A stretch of 64,000 bases of DNA, taken from assembly GCF_018350175.1 (NCBI RefSeq), contig NC_058383.1:27406001-27470000 (forward strand), in the 5' to 3' direction. The notes under the pieces are model-generated. The model saw only the letters and a list, made by a program, of their open reading frames with translations, did no database searches and had not been told where the DNA came from. Below are positions 50,403 through 60,955 of this stretch, piece after piece. This stretch comes from Felis catus. Lineage: Eukaryota. The translations under genes were made by a program, and so were the position numbers. Each line of letters opens with the position of its first letter. The first letter of the stretch is position 1.

Positions 50403-50640
50403 CAGGGTTTCTCAGCCTCAGGACTACTGACATTTTGGGCCAGATCGTTCTGTGTTGCAGGAGGCTCTCTTGTGCACTGTAGGACATGTAGCAGTATCCC
50501 TAGCCTTGACCCACTAGATGCTAGTGGCATCCCTCTCCTTCTGTCCCAGTTGTGACAACTAGAAATGTCTCTAGACATTCATTCCCAAGTGTCCCTGGTG
50601 GGGAGGAGGGGAACGAAATCATCCCTGGTTGAAACCGCCT
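50403..50640 (+). mobile_element. MER20-like hAT MITE inserted in an L2
   Basis: CAGGGTTTCTCAGCCTCAGGACTACTGACATTTTGGGCCAGAT...GTTGTGACAACTAGAAATGTCTCTAGACATT. Confidence 0.88.
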
Positions 50641-50929
50641 CACTTGAACATAAGCTCTGGGAGGACAGGAACCGTGACTGTCCTTCTCATCCTCACCCCT
50701 CTTCCCCCAGCACCTAGAATAGCACCAAGTGCTTATTAATAAGCACTTCATAAGCAAGGGTCTGCTGAATGGAGGTGCTGAGCCCCAGTAGCAAAGCACG
50801 CCTCAGGCTACAGTCAGCCGAGCTGAGTTGTCACCCAGAATGTGCAAGTCACTGGCTCTGTGATGTGAAGCAATCACTCCTCGGTGGTTCTGAGCGGTTC
50901 TCTGAACATGACATGGACGAGCGTGCTGG

Positions 50930-51292
50930 CTCCAAGTCCGGTTCTGGAAGGCGGGATCAGCATCATCCAGCAGTTTGTTAGAAATGCAAATTCTGTTGCT
51001 CCAACCCAGACTCACTGAATTGGCATCTCTGGGGGGGGGGTGAGGGTGGGGGTGGAGCTTTGAAATGTGTGTTTTAACAAGCTCTCCAGGGGATTCTGAT
51101 CCATGCTCCAGCGGTTCTTACCTCTGGCTGATCTCAGAATTCACCTGGAACGCTTTTCTTTTGAACGACAGGATGCCTGGGCTGCTAGATAACCCCAAAC
51201 CCAGCGGCAGGAGCAGCTCTGGCGTTGGGGCTCACGGTTGGCATTTTTCACCCGCCTCAGGTGAGTCCAGGCCACAGCCAGCACTGAGCCTC
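50930..51292. mobile_element. Two adjacent MER5-family MITEs
   Basis: TTGTTAGAAATGCAAATTCT...TTTTAACAAGCTCTCCAGGGGATTCTGAT, then CAGCGGTTCTT...AGAATTCACCTGGA. Confidence 0.7.
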
Positions 51293-51795
51293 AACGCAGA
51301 GGAGTTCTGACGCCCTGTGCTTCCCATGTTAAACCTTTCGGAAATTGCGTTAACTCTTTTAGTCCACCAGAGGGCCGTTTGCCGCGCTGAGGAGGGACAG
51401 GGTCATCATTCCTGGGCGTGGGGCACAGGGAGTCAGGGACCACAGATACACAGACTGAAGCGCGTGTCCGAGAACTTCCTCCCAAGCTCTATTTGGCAAA
51501 ATATCCAAGTCAGGGTGAGTGACTCTGTAAGGCTTTACTCCGGCTCCTTGCCGTGACTCCAGGACAGCCCAGAGGGATGGGCAGGCCCTCACCAGGATTC
51601 TCGATTTGACGCACTGGCTTTAAAATCGTCGTTGAGAAAGCTGCTGCAGTTTAGTGTACAGAGGGGTGGATGTGAAGTCAGCCACACCTGGGTGCTTCTG
51701 AGGACGCCACTTCCCTCTTCCGGACCTGGGATCTCAAACGCGGGTAAGGAAACTTCCTGACTGAATGGCAGTGAGGAGCAGTCCGGGCACAAGAG

Positions 51796-51925
51796 CAGCT
51801 GCTCGAAAACTCAGCGGCTCTCAGAGTGTGGCCCCAGACCAGCAGCATCACCTGGAGACCCGTTAGAGATGCAAATTCTCAGGTCCCACCCCAGACACAG
51901 TGAATCAGGAACTCTGGGGGCGGGA
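51796..51925. mobile_element. MER5A fragment
   Basis: CCAGCAGCATCACCTGGAGACCCGTTAGAGATGCAAATTCTCAGGTCCCACCCCAGAC. Confidence 0.8.
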
Positions 51926-51981
51926 CCAATGACTTCCCCTTTCTGAGTTCCATTTTCTCATTTGTGAAATTAGAAATAATA

Positions 51982-52195
51982 GGGGCGCCTGGGTGGCGCA
52001 GTCGGTTAAGCGTCCGACTTCAGCCAGGTCACGATCTCACGGTCCGTGGGTTCGAGCCCCGCGTCGGGCTCTGGGCTGATGGCTCGGAGCCTGGAGCCTG
52101 TTTCCAATTCTGTGTGTCTCTCTCTCTCGGCCCCTCCCCCGTTCATGCTCTGTCTCTCTCTGTCCCAAAAATAAATTAAAAAAAAAAAAAAAAAA
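51982..52195 (+). mobile_element. Young felid SINE (SINEC_Fc type) inserted in a MIR
   Basis: GGGGCGCCTGGGTGGCGCAGTCGG..., CpGs largely intact, pure poly-A; TSD AGAAATAATA. Confidence 0.97.
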
Positions 52196-53866
52196 AGAAA
52201 TAATAGCAGTACCTAGATCTCAGAGACCTGCTGCCAGGATTAAATGAGATATGCAGGTAAACTACTTAGCACAGTGTCTGGCATATAGTAAGAGCTCGAT
52301 AAAGCCACTGTTGCTATCACAGTTGTTACCACCTTCAAAGACCCCTGCCCCCTGCAAACCTCGAAAGGAAGCTTTTGTGAGAACTCTGCGCAAATAACTC
52401 TCGCTGGACTTTGCAAAATGCCGTATTTTGGCTCAGGAGGTCCCCCGTGGAACACAACACACTGAAAAGAAGTTAGAGTGTACAAACGTGCCATGCTAAT
52501 ACGTTAGCCGGCTTTATAACTCATTCTGAGAGAGGCCATCGCTCAGAGCAGCACAGCTATTTATTGTAGGGTCCCATTATGGGTTGTGATCTATTTCGGT
52601 CTATCCAGCTGTCAGAAAGATTGGCTTTCCTACCACCAATCAGGAACAAGGAGTTGGGCTTGAGGCAGGGAAAAACAAACAAACAAACCAGCCAACAGGA
52701 CTTGAAAAATATTCCACTCATGGCTGAGGAAACGTAAAAGACGCTGAAGGAAGGAAACAGGGTCAGCTCTGAGGGCCTTGCAGCAGCAACACAGAAATTT
52801 CCAGACGAACCAAGCGAGGCAAAGGATTGACTGAGGGTTTGTGGGCATGCTGGTGGGGGGCTGGCAAGTGAGTGAGCTGAATTTTTAAGGCAGGGGAAGA
52901 GAGGGTGGAATTGAAATCTTCATGCATTGCAGGTTTCAATAATCAGGGTGAGAAGTGCAGAATCACTCAGCTGGAGACGGTTCACCTTCAGTAAAACGGG
53001 ACTTTACTTCCTTTTTGTCTCTTACAAGGGGCTCTCTGCCCAGCCCTCCTCAATCTACTCCACTGGCCCCAACCACCTGAAGGTCCATCTTTCCCTGAGG
53101 GTTAACTGGTCATCAGCTGAAAAGAAATCACAAGGCAGTGTTCTATCTGTAGTTAGCAAGGTTGGAGAACACAGATTCATACAACTCGATAGTAAAGACA
53201 AAACAAAACAAAAACAGAAAAATGCCAAATAACTCAATTAAAAATAGAGAAAAGGCCTGAACTGACATTTTCCCAAAGAAGATATCCAAGTGGCCAACAG
53301 ACACAAGAAAAGATGCTCGACATCAGTCATCATCAGGGAAATGCAAATCGAAACCACAATGAGAAATGACCTCACACAGGTCAGGATGACAATGACCAAA
53401 GGACAAGAGACAACAAGTGTCGGTGAGGATGCAGAGGAAAGGGAGCCCGTGTGCACTGCTGGTGGGAATGCAAGCTGGTGCAGCCACTGTGGAAACCAGT
53501 ATGGAGGGTCCGCACAAAATTGAAACTAGAGCTGCTGCGCCATCCAGCAACTTCGCTTCTGGGTAAATAACCAAAGGAGAAGAAGTCACTACCTCAGAGA
53601 GATACCTACACCTGCACCTCACTGTGGCATTATTCAAAACAGCCAAGCCATGGAAACAACCTAAGTGTCCATGGATATATGAATCCATAATGGAGATGTG
53701 GTATATATATACAATGGAGTATAACTCAACCATAAAATAGCAGGAAATTATGTGATTTTGTGACAACATGGACAAATCTTCAGGGCAGTATGCTAAATGG
53801 AACAAGTCAGACAGGGAAAGACAAATACTGTATGATCTCACCTCCAGGTGGAATCTAAAATAACTG

Positions 53867-54034
53867 GGGGCACCTGGGTGGCTCAGTCCGTTAAGCGTCC
53901 GACTTCCACTCAGGTCATGATCTCGAGGTTTCAGAGATGGAGCCCTGCGTTGGGCTCTGTGCTGACAGCTCAGAGCCTGGAGCCTGCTTCGGGTTCTGTG
54001 TCTCCCTCTCTCTCACTGCCCCTCCCCCGCTCCT

Positions 54035-54075
<41 letters not shown>

Positions 54076-54107
54076 AATAAGATAAACATTAAAAAGTAAA
54101 AAATAAA
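53867..54107 (+). mobile_element. CAN-SINE 'A'
   Basis: TSD TAAAATAACTG at 53856-53866 and 54108-54118. Confidence 0.96.
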
Positions 54108-54429
54108 TAAAATAACTGAACACAAAGAAACAGAAAGATTGCCGGTTGCCAGAGGTGGTGGGTGGGGAAATGGGGGAGTGGGGTTTAAAAGACAGAGTCT
54201 TCCAGTTATAAATAAATGAGTCCTTGTATAATGTACAGCATGGTGACCATAGTTAATAATGGTATCATAGGGGTGCCTGAGTCAGTTAAGCGTCCGACTT
54301 TGGCTCAGGTCATGATCTCCCGGTTTGTGAGTTCGAGCCCCGCGTCGGGCTTTGTGCTGACAGCTCAGAGCCTGGAGCCTGCTTCGGGTTCTGTGTCTCC
54401 CTCTCTCTCACTGCCCCTCCCCCGCTCCT

Positions 54430-54466
<37 letters not shown>

Positions 54467-54777
54467 AATAAGATAAACATTAAAAAGTAAAAAATAAATA
54501 AAATAACTGAACACAAAGAAACAGAAAGATTGCCGGTTGCCAGAGGTGGTGGGTGGGGAAATGGGGGAGTGGGGTTAAAAGACAGAGTCTTCCAGTTATA
54601 AATAAATGAGTCCTTGTATAATGTACAGCATGGTGACCATAGTTAATAATGGTATCATAGGGGTGCCTGAGTCAGTTAAACGTCCGACTTTGGCTCAGGT
54701 CATGATCTCCCGGTTTGTGAGTTCGAGCCCCGCGTCGGGCTTTGTGCTGACAGCTCAGAGCCTGGAGCCTGCTTCGG
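53958..54777. repeat. Near-identical tandem duplication, period ~390 bp
   Basis: GGTATCATAG at 54261 and 54651; copies differ by one substitution, a 1-bp indel and (CT)n length. Confidence 0.96.
54270..54498 (+). mobile_element. Chimeric CAN-SINE (5' from SINE B, 3' from SINE A)
   Basis: Head shares B's deletion (GGGGTGCCTGAGTCAG); tail matches A; no TSD of its own. Confidence 0.93.
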
Positions 54778-54865
54778 ATTCTGGGTCTCCCTCCCCTCAG
54801 CTCCTTTCCTGTTCACACTCTGTCTCTCTCTCAAAATAAATAAAGATTAAAAAAAATTTTTTTTA
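54660..54865 (+). mobile_element. CAN-SINE 'B'
   Basis: Head with a short deletion, distinct CT-rich body, A/T tail; degenerate TSD AATGGTATCATA/AATCGTACTATA. Confidence 0.93.
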
Positions 54866-54879
54866 AATCGTACTATATA

Positions 54880-56087
54880 CAGTAAAACCTTGGATTGTGA
54901 GTAACTTGTTCTGCAAGATGAGCCAACATTTCTGATAAACTTTAACTTGATAAACAAGCAATGTCTTGCAATGTAAGTAGCATGTGACACCTAACATCAC
55001 ATGATCACCACTAAGCCAATGGCCCTTCTCTCTCTTTGTCACTGCGGGATTCTGGGTGATCTTCCCCCATGCTCAGATGCTTGTTCTCAGGCTGTGGTGT
55101 TTGGCAGATATCGGTGAGTTTTCAGAACGTGGGAAGGCGCCCACAATTGGCACTAGTGTATCTTTTGTCCCTTCAAAGCCCCTACGGACCGTCCTTTGCT
55201 TTTCCAGACAAGAGTAAGCTTAGGAACGCTTTGCTTGGTTCTAGGTCAGGCTGCCTGCAGATATAGACCCTTTCCTGTGCTGCCTTATTGCCAGTTACAT
55301 TAAATACAGTCTATGACAAGAGTTTATTAGTACTGTACTGTAGTCAACACCCGTGCGAGCGTATACAATGGCTCCCGTTGCAGATAAAGGTTGAAAAGAA
55401 AGGCAGTAAGAAGAAGGAGATGATTGCAGTGCAAGTTAAGAAAGAAATCATCTAGAAGTACGAACGACGTACGAGAGTGGCCGAAATTGTAAGATTTCGT
55501 AAGAAGTCTACATCTGCATCCTGTCTGCAGAGGAGGAGGAGAAAAAGGAGGAGGAATCCCTCACTTCAAATGAGATTAGGGAGATGTGCAAAATTTTGTA
55601 GAAAAGCCCCACCTGAATAAGGCTGTAGCAGTGTGAGCGATATCTGTTCAACAACATTGCAATGCCAATTTCCGCAAAATCCTCAAAAGGAGACAAAAGC
55701 AAGCATCATTGGATAGGTTCCCTGTTAAAACTGCCGAAGAATAAAAGATGCCATTGGGCCAATAGACAGCAGTGATTCTGTTAGTGATAGTGAAAGTCGT
55801 CTTACACAATAACCCTCCTCTCTCTTATCTCCCCCACATCAGCCACGAAGGTTTCAAAGGTAAGTGCAGGTTAATTTGTTTATTTTTGTTTATATTTTGT
55901 ATTTTCTTTATTATTTTGTATGATATTACAGTGTTGTAATCATTTTCATGTGAATATTTTTGGGTTGTGCAATGAATCATCTGAGTTTCCATTATTTCTT
56001 ATGGGGAAATTCGCTTTGATATACAAGTGCTTTGGATTACAAACACGCTTCCAGAATAAATTATACCTGCAAACCAAGGCTTTACTG
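54880..56087 (+). mobile_element. Non-autonomous Tigger/pogo (Tc1-mariner superfamily) DNA transposon, internally deleted
   Basis: TIRs CAGTAAAACCTTGGATTG and CAAACCAAGGCTTTACTG; preceded by TA; transposase N- and C-terminal remnants inside. Confidence 0.88.
55368..55730 (+). pseudogene. Tigger transposase remnant (N-terminal HTH joined to acidic C-terminus, DDE domain missing)
   Basis: Manual translation: KKKEMIAVQVKKEII*KYERRTRVAEIVRFRKKSTS, then EEEEKKEEESLTSNEIREMCK and FRKILKRRQKQASLDRF. Confidence 0.8.
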
Positions 56088-56172
56088 TGTGAGGTGATGG
56101 GTGCACTTAATGTGGTAATTATTCCACAATATCTACACATGTCAAACCATTGCACTGTATACCTTAAACTTA

Positions 56173-56393
56173 TTTTTAATTCTTTTTAATATTTCTTTTT
56201 TCTGAGAGAGAGAGAGAGAGCAAGTGAGCATGAGCGGTGGAGAAGCAGAGAGAGGGAGACACAGAATCCAAAGCAGGCTCCAGGCTCTGAGCTGTCAGCA
56301 CAGAGCCCGACGTGGGGCTTGAACTCACAAACTGCAAGATCATGACCTGAGCCGAAGTCGGACGCTCAACCGACTGAGCCACCTCGGTGCCCC
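56173..56393 (-). mobile_element. CAN-SINE
   Basis: TSD TA(T/C)ACCTTAAACTTA at 56158-56172 and 56394-56408. Confidence 0.95.
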
Positions 56394-56689
56394 TACACCT
56401 TAAACTTATATAGTAGTTATATGTCAATTATATCTCAAGAAAGCTGGGGAGAAACAAACAGAATTCTAGGAGAGTAGGTTACTCTTAGAAGATGCATGCT
56501 TTGGGGGTAAACATAAAATCTGCAATTTACTTTCAGATAGTTTAGAAAACTGTGTGTATATGTGTGTGAGAGAGAGTGTGTATGTGCATGTGGACAGAGA
56601 GAGAAAGGGCAGAAATTGCCAAGTGGCAATGACTTTGAATCTAAGGGGGAGGAGGTGAAGGTGGTCACTATTCTTCGAGCTCTTGTTTG

Positions 56690-56900
56690 GAGCCAGTCTT
56701 TTGGGGCTTAAATCTCCACTCTCCTGCTTACTAGCTGCACAATGACATTGGGCGAGTTCCGTAAACACTTGACGCCTGTATATCACCATCTTAAAGTGGG
56801 AATTATTATAGTACTTACCACACGGGACTTTTGTGAGTCTGCAATTAAGTTAATGTGCTTGGAAGCGTTCCTTGAATGAGGAAAATGTTGGTCCTATTTG
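56690..56900 (+). mobile_element. MIR
   Basis: CTTACTAGCTGCACAATGACATTGGGCGAGTT...ATAGTACTTACCACACGGG. Confidence 0.75.
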
Positions 56901-57984
56901 GCTGTTTGTGATAGAAAGATGGATGAATGGATGGAATAACAGATCGATAGATCGACTGATAGATTGATAGACAGATACACACATGGACAGACAGGTGGCT
57001 GGATGGATACACATGCATGCTTGGATAAAAGCTACCAAAATAAACACACACATTATATAACGCCCACACCTGGAGTCCAGCATGCAAACACGGGTGTTAG
57101 ACTCTGCTTTTCCCTCAGAAGTGTGCCTTGCCCCTCGTGGGAACAGAAGTGTGGCACATCAGCCACTGAGACCCAGAGCAACCGCCTGGCACCCACAGTA
57201 GAGGTGCCCTCTGCCCCCCTTCCGTCTGCCCCTTTCTCACGCACAGAGGCCACCTCCCTCCAAAGTCAGTGTCGGTACCATCTCACCGTAAGTGTTGCCC
57301 TTGTCGATACGGGAGTCTGTCTGGCCGAGGATGGAGGTGCCCTCATGGTACCATATGCAGAATAGGGCCCAGCACCTGGAGGGCATTTTAAACACATCCC
57401 GTGCCATCAGGCTGTGTTCATCACTCAGCGGATTGACCAAAAGAGGCACAGAGTCCTGCCGGCCCCGAGCCAAGCTCAGCTGGTCCATCCGGCCTGGGCA
57501 TCCTGCCACAAACCTCCAGCTGACGAGTGGTCACTCTTAGGTCACCACGCACCAGTGGGGTGACCCAGTGAAGAGAAACCAGCCAGGGGTCCACAGCGGG
57601 CCCTCTGTGAATCCAGATTCGAGAGCCAAGCCACCAGGGACCTTCTAGCCAAGCTCCTTGGGAGGAGATTTTGTTTGCAGTAAGAAGAAGCCCTTTCCTT
57701 TAAACAGTCTCTCTCTCTCCACCTTGCTCAAACACTGCAGCCACGCCGAACTGACCTTCGTTCTGTTTCTCTAACACACCTGGAACTTTCTTTACTGAGG
57801 AACTCTACTCGTGCAAATCCTCTCTGGAACATTCTTTCCTCCGCGAGCCTTAACTCACATCTCCTCAGAGAAGCCATCCTGGATCACGCAACGTCAAAGG
57901 TTGCCTTTCGATTATCCTTTACCTTGAGACTGTCTTTCCCTTTCTCCGTGCCTTATCTTCCCCATTGGTAAATAAGGACAGCAG

Positions 57985-58379
57985 TGTGGTGGGTAGTTTC
58001 TGCTCGCCTTTTCCACACTCCTAGAGGCTCCATTGGGCTGATGGATGGTGCTCTCGTGTCCTCTGGTTGGATTCAGTCAATGAGAGGCAGGCAGAGAGGA
58101 GATCAGGCTATTTAGTCACCTGGCTCACTGCCCGGTGGGTGATGGCTCCAGCCCCCTCCCTCGGGTCCTGATTAGGATCTCAGAGTCCTTACTTCACGGA
58201 ATTGCTCCCCACTGCCCACATGGTGCTGCTTCAGTGCCCATGGTGGTTGTTGGCCTCTGGGGCCTCGGGTCCCCTGCCCGTAGCCCCACCTACACCTTGT
58301 AAATATCCCCTTTCCTGACCTCCCTGCAGTTACCCCCCGGGGGTGCCACCGGCTTCCTGCCCGGATTCTGACCTGTGCA
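57985..58379 (+). mobile_element. Old ERVL solo LTR (LTR33-like)
   Basis: 3' end TGTAAATATCCCCTTT...GTGCCACCGGCTTCCTGCCCGGATTCTGAC resembles the recalled LTR33 terminus. Confidence 0.55.
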
Positions 58380-58864
58380 GTAAGAGTACTGATCTCCCTG
58401 GGTTGTTGTGAGAATGAGCTTCAGGGCAGGACACCCAGGAAGTGCTCAGATGATTCTTGGCTCATCTTATTAGTTGTTCTTTTCCTTTCTGTCACCACAT
58501 TTTGCACTTGCTTGTGTGCTAAGGGTCCACTACCTGTGTCTGTAGGTTCGGTACAGTTTGCATAAAGATGCAGAGTCCGTGTCTGTGTCTATTTCAGTCT
58601 CTGATGACCTGCTGCCTGGTGTGCAGCACGCCCCAAAAATGTCTGAAATGAATGTCTGATGAACGAATGAACAAACGAATGAGTGAAAGAGGCCTGTTTT
58701 CCACTTTTGAGGCACTTTTATATATTACGCTGAATTGTGTGATAGGGCTGGTATTAGAGTGTTTCTGTCTTATGAGGACAGAAATTTCCAAAGGTATTAC
58801 CTATTACCTTATCCCCTTTGATCCTGGGTGGTTAGCCAGCTGAGAGATATCATCACCACTTTTT

Positions 58865-59087
58865 TTTTTTTTAATTTTTTTTTTCAACGTTTATTTATTT
58901 TTGGGACAGAGAGAGACAGAGCATGAACGGGGGAGGGGCAGAGAGAGAGGAAGACACAGAATCGGAAACAGGCTCCAGGCTCCGAGCCATCAGCCCAGAG
59001 CCTGACGCGGGGCTCGAACTCACGGACCGCGAGATCGTGACCTGGCTGAAGTCGGACACTTAACCGACTGCGCCACCCAGGCGCCCC
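58865..59087 (-). mobile_element. Young felid SINE (SINEC_Fc type)
   Basis: CpGs largely intact; TSD TCAT(C/G)ACCACTTTTT at 58850-58864 and 59088-59102. Confidence 0.96.
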
Positions 59088-59102
59088 TCATGACCACTTT
59101 TT

Positions 59103-59318
59103 AAAAAGTTTTTTTAAAATATTTACTTGTTTATTTTGAGAGAGAGGGAGATCAGGAGCTGGGGAGGAGCAGAGAGACAGGGAGAGAGAGAACCCCAAGT
59201 AGGCTCCACACTGTCAGCAGAGAGCCAGACATGGGGTTCGATCCCATGACTGTGAGATCATGACCTGAGCCGAAATCAAGAGTCAGATGCTTAACCGACT
59301 GAGCCCCCCAGGCACCCC
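59103..59318 (-). mobile_element. Older CAN-SINE adjacent to the young copy
   Basis: Older diagnostic bases (AAATCAAGAGTCAGATGCTT); followed by ATCACCATTTTA. Confidence 0.94.
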
Positions 59319-60549
59319 GAATCACCATTTTATAGATAGCGATACAGAAAAACAAAGGGAAAGGGAGGGTGATACCACTGACTGTAAAACCTATTGTGCG
59401 CGGCCTCCGTCAGGCATTGATTTGACGGGCACAATTTCACGTGAATTTCACAATGCTTCTCATAACAACATCAATGCAGATGGAGAACCAGGGGAGGGAG
59501 GGTAGAGGACCCACCGCCCATGCTCATGCCGGCTGGTACGTGGCCGAACTAGGATCCGGTCCTGGTGGGTGTGGCTCTAAATTGTGTGCTTTGCCTGCAC
59601 AGCGATTCTCCACCTATACCCTCTGGAGAATCTGTATACGTGTGCACAGGGAAAGGTATGCAAAAATATCAGGCTGGAACAGTAAAAACAAATGGTAATG
59701 ATGCCAAATGTGTCTCAGTGGCAGAGAGGATAAATAAACCAGAACATTTAAGTGCTGCAATGGCACGAGGCAGTGAAACTGAATCGACTACAAGTATACA
59801 TATCACCTGTAATGTGGAAGAAAACAACAAACTGAATGAAAAAAAATAAACTGTCAAAGAATGCGTTAGTAAAACACCATCTTATACCAAGTTTCAGACA
59901 TCCACTAAACATTATCACGCATTGTTTAAGGATACAAATATGTAGTAGAAAGGCTCCAATCCAAGGGATTAGGAGCACCGAATTCAAAATTGCAGTCACA
60001 GGCATGGGGATGGTACTGTAGGATAGGAAGCAGGGGTCTTAGTGGTTCCCATGATGTGGTCCGCAGGCTGGGCAGACGTTTGATGTCTGTTCTATTATTT
60101 TATACGTTATTTTTCTAGAGGAAATACTTCATTTAGAAACAAGTGGCGCCTGGCCTAAGGTCACCCAGCCAGTCGAGGACGGACTGCACAAGGATCTATG
60201 CCTCCTGACTCCTAGACCAGTGCTCTCTCCCCTGCAGCAAGCTGTGCACAAAGCCGGTAATTATCCCCACTGTGCAATGTGGGCAAGAGGTGAGAGGCAG
60301 TGTTGAGTCACACTTATCTTTACTTCCCTCCCTCCCTGATTACTGCTTTACTGTCACCTTTGGCACCTTCTTTCAAGGGGTCCAGATCGCTCTATAGCCT
60401 GGATGATTTGGTTTCTGTATGGCTCAGTGCAAGAAAGAGGAACTTTTTTTCACAATCAGAAAGTCTCAAAAAAAGACGGGGGAAAAGTAAACATCCCATC
60501 AAGAAGCTGTCATGGAAGGCACTCTTGTTTGGCTGCTCAGTGGCCCTTC

Positions 60550-60955
60550 TGTGCTAGCAGAGAAGCAGGCCATGGTGACTACTCACTTTCCCAGCCTCCC
60601 TATGGCACAGCCAGCGACCTAATCTCCATAGAGAGAAAATATGCAGAGAGGTTTCTGGGAGATATACCCCCTGTTGGTAAAAAGGGGGAAGCTACAAGGA
60701 GAAGGCTTTCTTCTCTCTTTCTGCTTTGTATATTGGTGGGTGATGATGTGATATTTGGAGGTGTGGCAGCCAAACTGTGACCATAAGGAAAGGGCCAAGA
60801 GACTCTAGAGATGCTATTGAGTTGAGCTGGTGAGTGAGCTCTGGGATCACCTACCTCTGGATTGCCTCTTAAGCACAGCAAACAAGCAAAAGCACTATTC
60901 AATATTGTTAATATACTTTCACTCCAGAGTTCTATTACTAGCAAATACACGTACA
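60550..60955 (+). mobile_element. Old MaLR LTR remnant (MLT1)
   Basis: GTGGCAGCCAAACTGTGACCATAAGG...CCTACCTCTGGA...TATTACTAGCA. Confidence 0.55.

Larger units (their letters stand above)
53185..56452 (+). mobile_element. Old L1 (L1MA-like) ORF2 end and 3' UTR, fragmented by four SINEs and a Tigger
   Basis: ORF 53290-53523 resembles the ORF2 C-terminus ([12 protein letters not shown]...CT.GGNA.WCSHCG); 3' UTR motifs; ends TGTCAATTATATCTCAAGAAAGCTGG. Confidence 0.88.

Noticed and set aside
53867..56393. Inverted SINE pair as a dsRNA/A-to-I editing substrate
   Set aside because: Common genome-wide, and there is no evidence of transcription from sequence alone
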